Shown here piece after piece: positions 25,521 to 40,500 of a DNA stretch of 64,000 nucleotides (its first letter is position 1; every line of letters starts with the position of its first letter). The notes beneath the pieces were generated by a model. The model was not told the DNA's origin and searched no databases. It saw nothing but the letters and a program-made list of their open reading frames with translations. The position numbers and the translations under genes are program-made. The DNA comes from Eledone cirrhosa (lineage: Eukaryota): assembly GCA_964016885.1 (NCBI GenBank), contig OZ024740.1, positions 438,836,001-438,900,000 on the forward strand. The letters are read 5' to 3'.

Positions 25521-28500
25521 ACTGTACATAGACAGTATGGTATGGTACACTTCACAATTGTACATAGACAGTATGGTATGGTATACTTCACAACTGTACA
25601 TAGACTGTATGGTATGGTACAGTTCACAACTGTACATAGACAGTATGGTATGGTACACTTCACAACTGTACATAGACTGTATGGTACGGTACACTTCACA
25701 ACTGTACATATACAGTACGGTGGGGTACACTTCACAACAGTACATAGACTGTATGGTATGGTACACTTAACAACTGTATATAGACTGTAATGTACGGTAC
25801 ACTTCACAACTGTACATAGACAGTACGGTGTGGTACACTTCACAACTGTACATAGACTGTATGGTATGGTACACTTCACAACTGTATATAGACTGTATGG
25901 TATGGTACACTTCACAACTGTACATAGACTGTATGGTATGGTACACTTCACACCTGTACATAGACTGTATGGTATGGTACACTTCACAACTGTACATAGA
26001 CTGTATGGTATGGTACACTTCACAACTGTACAGAGACAGTACGGTGTGGTACACTTCACAACTGTACATATACTGTATGGTATGGTACACTTCTCAACTG
26101 TACATAGACAGTATGGTATGGTACACTTCACAACTGTACAGAGACATTACGGCGTGGTACACTTCACAATTATACATAGACAGTATGGTATGGTACACTT
26201 CACAACTGTACATAGTCTGTATGGTATGGTAAAGTTCACAACTGTACATAGACAGTATGGTATGGTACACTTCACAACTGTACATAGACAGTATGGTATG
26301 GTACACTTCACAACTGTACATAGACTGTATGGTATGGTACACTTCACAACTGTACATAGACTGTATGGTAAGGTACACTTCACAACTGTACATATAAAGT
26401 ACGGTGGGGTACACTTCACAACAGTACATAGACTGTATGGTATGGTACACTTCACAACTGTATATAGACTGTAATGTACGGTACACTTCACAACTGTACA
26501 TAGACAGTACGGTGTGGTACACTTCACAAATGTACATAGACTGTATGGTATGGTACACTTCACAACTGTATATAGACAGTATGGTATGGTACACTTCACA
26601 TCTGTACATAGACTGTATGGTATGGTACACTTCACAACTGTACATAGATTGTATGGTATGGCACACTTCACAACTGTACAGAGACAGTACGGTGTGGTAC
26701 ACTTCACGACTGTACATATACTGCATGGTATGGTACACTTCTCAACTGTACATAGACAGTATGGCATGGTACACTTCACAACTGTACATAGACAGTACGG
26801 TGTGGTACAATTCACAACTGTACATAGACAGTATGGTATGGTATGGTACACTTCACAACTGTACAGAGACAGTATGGTATGGTACACTTCACAACTATAC
26901 ATAGACAGTATGGTATGGTAAACTTCACAACTGTACATAGACAGTACGGTGTGGTACACTTCACAACTGTACATAGACAGTATGGTTTGGTATGGCACAC
27001 TTCACAACTGTACATAGACAGTATGGTATGGTACACTTCACAACTGTACATATATTGTACGGTATGGTACACTTCACAACTGTACATAGACTGTATGGTA
27101 TAGTACACTTCACAACTGTACATAGACTGTATGGTATGGTACACTTCACAACTGTACATAGACTGTACGGTAGGGTACACTTCACAACTGTACATAGACT
27201 GTATGGTATGGTACACATCCCAACTGTACATAGACTGTATGGTATGGTACGCTTCACAACTGTACATAGACTGTTTGGTATGGTACGCTTCACAACTGTA
27301 CATATACAGTACCTTGGGGTACACTTCACAACAGTACATAGATTGTAGGTATGGTACACTTCACAACTGTATATAGACTGTAATGTACGGTACACTTCAC
27401 AACTGTACATAGACAGTACGGTGTGGTACACTTCACAACTGTACATAGACTGAATGGTATGGTATACTTCACAACTGTATGTAGACAGTATGGTATGGTA
27501 CACTTCACAACTGTACATAGACTGTATGGTATGGTACACTTCACAACAGTACATAGACTGTATGGTATGGTACACTTCACAACTGTACATAGACATTACG
27601 GTGTGGTACACTTCACAACTGTACATATACTGTATGGTATGGTACACTTCACAACTGTACATAGACAGTATGGTATGGTACACTTCACAACTGTACATAG
27701 ACAGTACGGTGTGGTACACTTCACAACTGTACATAGACTGTATGGTATGGTACACTTCACAACTGTATATAGACAGTATGGTATGGTACAGTTCACAACT
27801 GTACATAGACTGTATGGTATGGTACACTTCACAACTGTACATAGACTGTATGGTATGGTACACTTCACAACTGTACAGAGACAGTACGGTGTGGTAAACT
27901 TTACAACTGTACATATACTGTATGGTATGGTACAATTCTCAACTGTACATAGACAGTATGGTATGGTACACTTCACAACTGTACAGAGACAGTACGGTGT
28001 GGTACACTTCACAATTATACATAGACAGTATGGTATGGTACACTTCACAACTGTACATAGACTGTATGGTATGGTAAAGTTCACAACTGTACATAGACAG
28101 TATGGTATGGTACACTTCACAACTGTACATAGACAGTATGGTATGGTACACTTCACAACTGTACATAGACTGTATGGTATGGTACACTTCACAACTGTAC
28201 ATAGACTGTATGGTAAGGTACACTTCACAACTGTACATATAAGGTACGGTGGGGTACACTTCACAACAGTACATAGACTGTATGGTATGGTACACTTCAC
28301 AACTGTATATAGACTGTAATGTACGGTACACTTCACAACTGTACATAGACAGTACGGTGTGGTACACTTCACAAATGTACATAGACTGTATGGTATGGTA
28401 CACTTCACAACTGTATATAGACAGTATGGTATGGTACACTTCACAACTGTACAAAGACAGTACGGTGTGGTACACTTCACGACTGTACATATACTGTATG

Positions 28501-31500
28501 GTATGGTACACTTCTCAACTGTACATAGACAGTATGGTATGGTACACTTCAGAACTGTACATAGACAGTACGGTGTGGTACAATTCACAACTGTACATAG
28601 ACAGTATGGTATGGTATGGTACACTTCACAACTGTACAGAGACAGTATGGTATGGTACACTTCACAACTATATATAGACAGTATGGTATGGGACACTTCA
28701 CAACTGTACATAGACAGTACGGTGTGGTACACTTCACAACTGTACATAGATAGTATGGTTTGGTATGGCACACTTCACAACTGTACATAGACAGTATGGT
28801 ATGGTACACTTCACAACTGTACATAGATTGTACGGTATGGTACACTTCACAACTGTACATAGACTGTATGGTATAGTACACTTCACAACTGTACATAGAC
28901 TGTATGGTATGGTACACTTCACAACTGTACATAGACTGTACGGTAGGGTACACTTCACAACTGTACATAGACTGTATGGTATGGTACACTTCCCAACTGT
29001 ACATAGACTGTATGGTATGGTACGCTTCACAACTGTACATAGACTGTTTGGTATGGTACGCTTCACAACTGTACATATACAGTACCTTGGGGTACACTTC
29101 ACAACAGTACATAGATTGTAGGTATGGTACACTTCACAACTGTATATAGACTGTAATGTACGGTACACTTCACAACTGTACATAGACAGTACGGTGTGGT
29201 ACACTTCACAACTGTACATAGACTGAATGGTATGGTACACTTCACAACTGTATATAGACAGTGTGGTATGGTACACTTCACAACTGTACATAGACTGTAT
29301 GGTATGGTACACTTCACAACAGTACATAGACTGTATGGTATGGTACACATCACAACTGTACATAGACATTACGGTGTGGTACACTTCACAACTGTACATA
29401 TACTGTATGGTATGGTACACTTCACAACTGTACATAGACAGTATGGTATGGTACACTTCACAACTGTACATAGACAGTACGGTGTGGTACACTTCACAAC
29501 AGTACATAGACTGTATGGTATGGTACACTTCACAACTGTATATAGACAGTATGGTATGGTAGAGTTCACAACTGTACATAGAGTGTATGGTATGGTACAC
29601 TTCACAACAGTACATAGACTGTATGGTATGGTACACTTCACAACTGTACATAGACATTACGGTGTGGTACACTTCACAACTGTACATATACTGTATGGTA
29701 TAGTACACTTCACAACTGTACATAGACAGTATGGTATGGTACACTTCACAACTGTACATAGAGAGTATGGTATGGTATGGTACACTTCACAACTGTACAG
29801 AGACAGAACGGTATGGTACACTTCTCAACTGTTCATAGACTGTATGGTATAGTACACTTCACAACTGTACATAGACAGTATTGTATGGTACACTTCACAA
29901 CTGTACATAGACTGTATGGTATGGTACACTTCACAACTATACATAGACTGTATGGTATGGTACACTTCACAACTGTACATAGACTGTATGGTATGGTATA
30001 CATCACAACTGTACATAGACAGTATGGTATGGTACACTTTACAACTGTACATAGACTGTACGGTGTGGTACAGTTCACAACTGTACATAGAATGTATGGT
30101 ATGGTACACTTCACAACTGTACAGAGACAGTACGGTGTGGTACACTTCACAACTGTACATATACTGTATGGTATGGTACACTTCTCAACTGTACATAGAC
30201 AGTATGGTATGGTACACTTCACAACTGTACAGAGACATTACGGCGTGGTACACTTCACAATTATACATAGACAGTATGGTATGGTACACTTCACAACTGT
30301 ACATAGTCTGTATGGTATGGTAAAGTTCACAACTGTACATAGACAGTATGGTATGGTACACTTCACAACTGTACATAGACAGTATGGTATGGTACACTTC
30401 ACAACTGTACATAGACTGTATGGTATGGTACACTTCACAACTGTACATAGACTGTATGGTAAGGTACACTTCACAACTGTACATATAAAGTACGGTGGGG
30501 TACACTTCACAACAGTACATAGACTGTATGGTATGGTACACTTCACAACTGTATATAGACTGTAATGTACGGTACACTTCACAACTGTACATAGACAGTA
30601 CGGTGTGGTACACTTCACAAATGTACATAGACTGTATGGTATGGTACACTTCACAACTGTATATAGACAGTATGGTATGGTACACTTCACATCTGTACAT
30701 AGACTGTATGGTATGGTACACTTCACAACTGTACATAGATTGTATGGTATGGCACACTTCACAACTGTACAGAGACAGTACGGTGTGGTACACTTCACGA
30801 CTGTACATATACTGCATGGTATGGTACACTTCTCAACTGTACATAGACAGTATGGCATGGTACACTTCACAACTGTACATAGACAGTACGGTGTGGTACA
30901 ATTCACAACTGTACATAGACAGTATGGTATGGTATGGTACACTTCACAACTGTACAGAGACAGTATGGTATGGTACACTTCACAACTATACATAGACAGT
31001 ATGGTATGGTAAACTTCACAACTGTACATAGACAGTACGGTGTGGTACACTTCACAACTGTACATAGACAGTATGGTTTGGTATGGCACACTTCACAACT
31101 GTACATAGACAGTATGGTATGGTACACTTCACAACTGTACATATATTGTACGGTATGGTACACTTCACAACTGTACATAGACTGTATGGTATAGTACACT
31201 TCACAACTGTACATAGACTGTATGGTATGGTACACTTCACAACTGTACATAGACTGTACGGTAGGGTACACTTCACAACTGTACATAGACTGTATGGTAT
31301 GGTACACATCCCAACTGTACATAGACTGTATGGTATGGTACGCTTCACAACTGTACATAGACTGTTTGGTATGGTACGCTTCACAACTGTACATATACAG
31401 TACCTTGGGGTACACTTCACAACAGTACATAGATTGTAGGTATGGTACACTTCACAACTGTATATAGACTGTAATGTACGGTACACTTCACAACTGTACA

Positions 31501-34500
31501 TAGACAGTACGGTGTGGTACACTTCACAACTGTACATAGACTGAATGGTATGGTATACTTCACAACTGTATGTAGACAGTATGGTATGGTACACTTCACA
31601 ACTGTACATAGACTGTATGGTATGGTACACTTCACAACAGTACATAGACTGTATGGTATGGTACACTTCACAACTGTACATAGACATTACGGTGTGGTAC
31701 ACTTCACAACTGTACATATACTGTATGGTATGGTACACTTCACAACTGTACATAGACAGTATGGTATGGTACACTTCACAACTGTACATAGACAGTACGG
31801 TGTGGTACACTTCACAACTGTACATAGACTGTATGGTATGGTACACTTCACAACTGTATATAGACAGTATGGTATGGTACAGTTCACAACTGTACATAGA
31901 CTGTATGGTATGGTACACTTCACAACTGTACATAGACTGTATGGTATGGTACACTTCACAACTGTACAGAGACAGTACGGTGTGGTAAACTTTACAACTG
32001 TGCATATACTGTATGGTATGGTACAATTCTCAACTGTACATAGACAGTATGGTATGGTACACTTCACAACTGTACAGAGACAGTACGGTGTGGTACACTT
32101 CACAATTATACATAGACAGTATGGTATGGTACACTTCACAACTGTACATAGACTGTATGGTATGGTAAAGTTCACAACTGTACATAGACTGTATGGTATG
32201 GTACACTTCACAACTGTACATAGACTGTATGGTAAGGTACACTTCACAACTGTACATATAAGGTACGGTGGGGTACACTTCACAACAGTACATAGACTGT
32301 ATGGTATGGTACACTTCACAACTGTATATAGACTGTAATGTACGGTACACTTCACAACTGTACATAGACAGTACGGTGTGGTACACTTCACAAATGTACA
32401 TAGACTGTATGGTATGGTACACTTCACAACTGTATATAGACAGTATGGTATGGTACACTTCACAACTGTACAAAGACAGTACGGTGTGGTACACTTCACG
32501 ACTGTACATATACTGTATGGTATGGTACACTTCTCAACTGTACATAGACAGTATGGTATGGTACACTTCAGAACTGTACATAGACAGTACGGTGTGGTAC
32601 AATTCACAACTGTACATAGACAGTATGGTATGGTATGGTACACTTCACAACTGTACAGAGACAGTATGGTATGGTACACTTCACAACTATATATAGACAG
32701 TATGGTATGGGACACTTCACAACTGTACATAGACAGTACGGTGTGGTACACTTCACAACTGTACATAGATAGTATGGTTTGGTATGGCACACTTCACAAC
32801 TGTACATAGACAGTATGGTATGGTACACTTCACAACTGTACATAGATTGTACGGTATGGTACACTTCACAACTGTACATAGACTGTATGGTATAGTACAC
32901 TTCACAACTGTACATAGACTGTATGGTATGGTACACTTCACAACTGTACATAGACTGTACGGTAGGGTACACTTCACAACTGTACATAGACTGTATGGTA
33001 TGGTACACTTCCCAACTGTACATAGACTGTATGGTATGGTACGCTTCACAACTGTACATAGACTGTTTGGTATGGTACGCTTCACAACTGTACATATACA
33101 GTACCTTGGGGTACACTTCACAACAGTACATAGATTGTAGGTATGGTACACTTCACAACTGTATATAGACTGTAATGTACGGTACACTTCACAACTGTAC
33201 ATAGACAGTACGGTGTGGTACACTTCACAACTGTACATAGACTGAATGGTATGGTACACTTCACAACTGTATATAGACAGTGTGGTATGGTACACTTCAC
33301 AACTGTACATAGACTGTATGGTATGGTACACTTCACAACAGTACATAGACTGTATGGTATGGTACACATCACAACTGTACATAGACATTACGGTGTGGTA
33401 CACTTCACAACTGTACATATACTGTATGGTATCGTACACTTCACAACTGTACATAGACAGTATGGTATGGTACACTTCACAACTGTACATAGACAGTACG
33501 GTGTGGTACACTTCACAACAGTACATAGACTGTATGGTATGGTACACTTCACAACTGTATATAGACAGTATGGTATGGTAGAGTTCACAACTGTACATAG
33601 AGTGTATGGTATGGTACACTTCACAACAGTACATAGACTGTATGGTATGGTACACTTCACAACTGTACATAGACATTACGGTGTGGTACACTTCACAACT
33701 GTACATATACTGTATGGTATAGTACACTTCACAACTGTACATAGACAGTATGGTATGGTACACTTCACAACTATACATAGACTGTATGGTAAGGTACACT
33801 TCACAACTGTACATAGACTGTATGGTATGGTACACTTCACAACTGTACAGAGACAGAACGGTATGGTACACTTCTCAACTGTTCATAGACTGTATGGTAT
33901 AGTACACTTCACAACTGTACATAGACAGTATTGTATGGTACACTTCACAACTGTACATAGACTGTATGGTATGGTACACTTCACAACTATACATAGACTG
34001 TATGGTATGGTACACTTCACAACTGTACATAGACTGTATGGTATGGTATACATCACAACTGTACATAGACAGTATGGTATGGTACACTTTACAACTGTAC
34101 ATAGACTGTACGGTGTGGTACAGTTCACAACTGTACATAGAATGTATGGTATGGTACACTTCACAACTGTACATAGACAGTATGGTGTGGTACACTTAAC
34201 AACTGTACATAGACAGTAAGGTATTGTACATTTCACAACTGTACATATATTGTATGGTATGGTATGGTACACTTCACACGTGTACATAGAGAGTACGGTG
34301 TAGTAGACTATACAACTGTATATAGACTGTATGGTACGCTTCACAACTGTACATAGAGTGTACCGTATGGTAAACTTCACAACTGTACATAGACTGTATG
34401 CTATGGTACACTTCACAACTGTATATAGACTGTACGGTATGGTACACTTCACAACTGTACATAGACTGTATGGTATGGTACACTTCAGAACTGTCATCTA

Positions 34501-37500
34501 CAGCATGGTATGATACACTTCACGACTGTACATAGAATGTATGGTATGGTACACTTCGCAACTGTACATAGGCTGTACGGTATGGTAAGGTACACTTCAC
34601 AAATGTACATAGACTGTATGATATGGACACTTCCCAAATGTACATAAACTGTACGGTATGGTACACTTCACAACTGTACATAGACAGTATGGTATGGTAC
34701 TCTTCACAACTGTACATAGACTGTACGGTATGATACATTTCACAACTGTACAAAGAGAGTATGGTATGATACACTTCACAAATGTATATAGACCGTATGG
34801 TATGGTATACTTCACAACTGTACATAGACTGTATGGTATGGTACACTTCACAACTGTACATAGACTGTATGGTGTGGTACACTTCACAACTATACATAGA
34901 CTGTATGGTATGGTACACTTTACAACTGTACATAGACAGTATGGTATGGTACACTTCGCAACTGTACATCGACAGTACGGTATGGTACACTTCACAACAG
35001 TACATAGACTGTACAGTGTGGAACACTTCACAACTGTACATAGACAGTACGGTATTGTACACTTCACAACTGTTCATAGACTGTATGGTATGGTGCTCTT
35101 TACAACTGTACAATGACTGTATGGTATGGTACACTTCACAACTCTACTAAGACAGTACGGTATTGTACACTTCACCACTTTACATAGACTGTATGGTATG
35201 GTATGGTACACTTCACAACTGTACATAGACTGTACGGTATGGTACACTTCACAACTGTACATAGGCAGTATGGTATAGTACACTTCACAACTGTACATAG
35301 ACTGTACGGTATGGTACACTTCACAACTGTACATAGACTGTATGGTATGGTACACTTTCTAACTGTACATAGACTGTATGGTATGGTACACTTCGCAACT
35401 GTACATAGACTGTACGGTGTGGTATGGTACACTTCACAAATGTACATAGACTGTATGATATGGAGACTTTCCAAATGTACATAGACTGTACGCTATGGTA
35501 CACTTCACAACTCTACATAGACTGTACGGTGTGTTACACTTCATAACTGTACATAGACTGTATGGTATGTTATACTTCACAATTGTACATAGACTGTATG
35601 GTATGGTACACTTCACAACTGTGCATAGACTGTACGGTATGGTACACTTCACAACTGTACATAGACTTATGGTATGGTACACTTCACAACTGTACATAGA
35701 CTGTACGGTGTGGTACACTTCACAATTGTACATAGACTGTATGGTATTGTACACTTCACAATTGTACATAGACAGTATGGTATTGTACACTTCACAACTG
35801 TACATAGACTGTATGGTATGGTATGCTTCACAACAGTACATAGACAATATGGTATGGTACACTTCGTAAATGTACATAGACAGTACGGTATCTTACACTT
35901 CACAAATGTACATAGACAGTACGGTGTGGTCCACTTCACAACTGTACATAGACAGTATGGTACGGAATGGTACACTTCACAACTCTACAGAGACAGTACG
36001 GTATGGTACACTTCCCAACTTTACATAGACTGTATGGTATGGTACACTTCACAACTGTACATAGACTGTATGGTATGGTATACATCACAACTGTACATAG
36101 ACTGTATGGTATGGTACACTTCACAACAGTACATAGACAATATGGTATGGTACACTTCGTAAATGTACATAGACAGTACGGTATCTTACACTTCACAAAT
36201 GTACATAGACAGTACGGTGTGGTACACTTCACAACTGTACATAGACAGTATGGTACGGAATGGTACACTTCACAACTGTACAGAGACATTACGGCGTGGT
36301 ACACTTCACAATTATACATAGACAGTATGGTATGGTACACTTCACAACTGTACATAGTCTGTATGGTATGGTAAAGTTCACAACTGTACATAGACAGTAT
36401 GGTATGGTACACTTCACAACTGTACATAGACAGTATGGTATGGTACACTTCACAACTGTACATAGACTGTATGGTATGGTACACTTCACAACTGTACATA
36501 GACTGTATGGTAAGGTACACTTCACAACTGTACATATAAAGTACGGTGGGGTACACTTCACAACAGTACATATACTGTATGGTATGGTACACTTCACAAC
36601 TGTATATAGACTGTAATGTACGGTACACTTCACAACTGTACATAGACAGTACGGTGTGGTACACTTCACAAATGTACATAGACTGTATGGTATGGTACAC
36701 TTCACAACTGTATATAGACAGTATGGTACACTTCACATCTGTACATAGACTGTATGGTATGGTACACTTCACAACTGTACATAGATTGTATGGTATGGCA
36801 CACTTCACAACTGTACAGAGACAGTACGGTGTGGTACACTTCACGACTGTACATATACTGTATGGTATGGTACACTTCTCAACTGTACATAGACAGTATG
36901 GTATGGTACACTTCACAACTGTACATAGACAGTACGGTGTGGTACAATTCACAACTGTACATAGACAGTATGGTATGGTATGGTACACTTCACAACTGTA
37001 CAGAGACAGTATGGTATGGTACACTTCACAACTATACATAGACAGTATGGTATGGTAAACTTCACAACTGTACATAGACAGTACGGTGTGGTACACTTCA
37101 CAACTGTACATAGACAGTATGGTTTGGTATGGCACACTTCACAACTGTACATAGACAGTATGGTATGGTACACTTCACAACTGTACATATATTGTACGGT
37201 ATGGCACACTTCACAACTGTACATAGACTGTATGGTATAGTACACTTCACAACTGTACATAGACTGTATGGTATGGTACACTTCACAACTGTACATAGAC
37301 TGTACGGTAGGGTACACTTCACAACTGTACATAGACTGTATGGTATGGTACACATCCCAACTGTACATAGACTGTATGGTATGGTACGCTTCACAACTGT
37401 ACATAGACTGTTTGGTATGGTACGCTTCACAACAGTACATATACAGTACCTTGGGGTACACTTCACAACAGTACATCGATTGTAGGTATGGTACACTTCA

Positions 37501-40500
37501 CAACTGTATATAGACTGTAATGTACGGTACACTTCACAACTGTACATAGACAGTACGGTGTGGTACACTTCACAACTGTACATAGACTGAATGGTATGGT
37601 ACACTTCACAACTGTATGTAGACAGTATGGTATGGTACACTTCACAACTGTACATAGACTGTATGGTATGGTACACTTCACAACAGTACATAGACTGTAT
37701 GGTATGGTACACTTCACAACTGTACATAGACATTACGGCATTGTACACTTCACCACTGTACATAGACTGTATGGTATGGTACACTTCACAACTGTACATA
37801 GTCAGTATGGTATGGTACACTTCACAACTGTACATAGATTGTACGGTATGGTACACTTTTCAACTGTACATAGGCAGTATGGTATAGTACACGTCAAAAC
37901 TGTACATAGACTGTATGGTATGGTACACTTCACAAATGTACATAGACTATACGGTATGGTACACTTCACAACTGTACATAGACTGTATGGCATGGTACAC
38001 TTTCTAACTGTACATAGACTGTACGGTATGGTACACTTCGCAACTGTACATAGACTGTATGATATGGACACTTCCTAAATGTACATAGACTGTATGGTAA
38101 GGTACACTTCACAACTGTACATAGACTGTACGGTATGGTACACTTCATAACTGTACATAGACTGTGTGGTATGGTACACTCCTCCACTGTACATAAACAA
38201 TACGGTATGGTACACTTCACAAATGTACATAGACTGTATGGTATGGTACACTTCACAACTGTACATAGACTGTACGGTTTGGTACACTTTACAACTGTAC
38301 ATAGACTGTATGGTATGGTACACTTTACAACTGTACATAGACAGTATGGTATGGTACACTTCGCAACTGTACATAGACAGTACGGTAATGTACACTTCAC
38401 AACTGTACATAGACTGTACAGTGTGGAACACTTCACAACTGTACATAGACAGTACGGTATTGTACACTTCACAACTGTTCATGGACTGTATGGTGTGGTA
38501 TGGTATGGTGCTCTTTACAACTGTACAATGACTGTATGGTATGGTACACTTCACAACTGTACTAAGACAGTACGGTATTGTACACTTCACAACTATAAAT
38601 AGACTGTATGGTATGGTATGGTACACTTCACAACTGTACATAGACTGTACGGTATGGTACACTTCACAACTGTACATAGGCAGTATGGTATAGTACACTT
38701 CACAACTATAAATAGACTGTATGGTATGGTACACTTCACCACTGTACGTAAACTGTACGGTATGGTACACTTCGCAATTGTACATAGACTGTACGGTGTA
38801 GTATGGTACACTTCACAAATGTACATAGACTGTATGATATGGACACTTTCCAAATGTACATAGACTGTACGCTATGGTACACTTCACAACTCTACATAGA
38901 CTGTATGGTAAGGTACACTTCACAACTGTACATAGACTGTACGGTGTGTTACACTTCATAACTGTACATAGACTGTATGGTATCGTACACTCCACAACTG
39001 TACATAAACAGTAAGGTATAGTACACTTGACAAATGTACATAGACTGTATGGTATGGTATACTTCACAATTGTACATAGACTGTATGGTATGGTACACTT
39101 CACAACTGTACATAGACTGTACGGTATGGTACACTTCACAACTGTACATAGACTGTATGGTATGGTACACTTCACAACTGTACATAGACTGTATGGTGTG
39201 GTACACTTCACAATTATACATAGACTGTATGGTATGGTACACTTCACAATTGTACATAGACAGTATGGTATTGTACATTTCACAACTGTACGTATACTGT
39301 ATGGTATGGTATACTTCACAACAGTACATAGACAGTATGGTATGGTACACTTCGCAACTGTACATAGACAGTACGGTATGGTACACTTCACAACTGTACA
39401 TAGACAGTACGGTGTGGTACACTTCACAACTGTACATAGAGAGTATGGTACGGAATGGTACACTTCAAAACAGTACAGAGACAGTACGGTATGGTACACT
39501 TCCCAACTGTACATAGATTGTATGGTATGGTACACTTCCCAACTGTACATAAACTGTATGGTATGGTATACATCACAACTGTACATATACAGTATGGTAT
39601 GGTACACTTCACAACTGTACATAGACTGTACGGTTTGGTACAGTTCACAACTGTACATAGACTGTATGGTATGGTACACTTCACAACTGTACATAGACAG
39701 TATGGTGTGGTACACTTCACAACTGTACATAGACAGTAAGGTATTGTACACTTCACAACTGTACATATACTGTATGGTATGGTATGGTACACTTCACAAC
39801 TGTACATATAGTGTGCGGTGTAGTAGACTATACAACTGTACATAGACAGTATGGTATTGTACACTTCACAACTGTACATAGACTGTATGGTACACTTCAC
39901 AACTGTACACAGAGTGTACGGTATGGTACACTTCACAACTGTACATAGACTGTATGGTATGGTACACTTCACAACTCTACATAGACTGTACGGTATTGTA
40001 CACTTCACAACCGTACATAGACTGTATGGTATGGTACACTTCCCAACTGTACATAGAGTGTATGGTATGGTACACTTCGCAACTGTACATAGACTGTACG
40101 GTGTTGTATGGTACACTTCACAAATGTACATATAGAGTATCGTATGATACACTTCACAACTGTACATATACTGTATGGTATGGTGGTACACTTCACAACT
40201 GTACATAGACTGTACTGTATGATACATTTCACAACTGTACGAAGACAGTATGGTATGTTACACTTCACAACTGTACATAGACTGTACTGTATGATACATT
40301 TCACAACTGTAAAAAGACAGTATGGTATGGTACACTTCACAACTGTACATAGACTGTACAGTATGGTACACTTCACAACTGTACATAGAGAGTATGGTAT
40401 GGTACACTTCACAAATGTTCATAGACTGTATGGTATGGTAGACTTCACAATTGTACATACACTGTATGGTATGGTACACTTCACAACTGTACATAGACTG

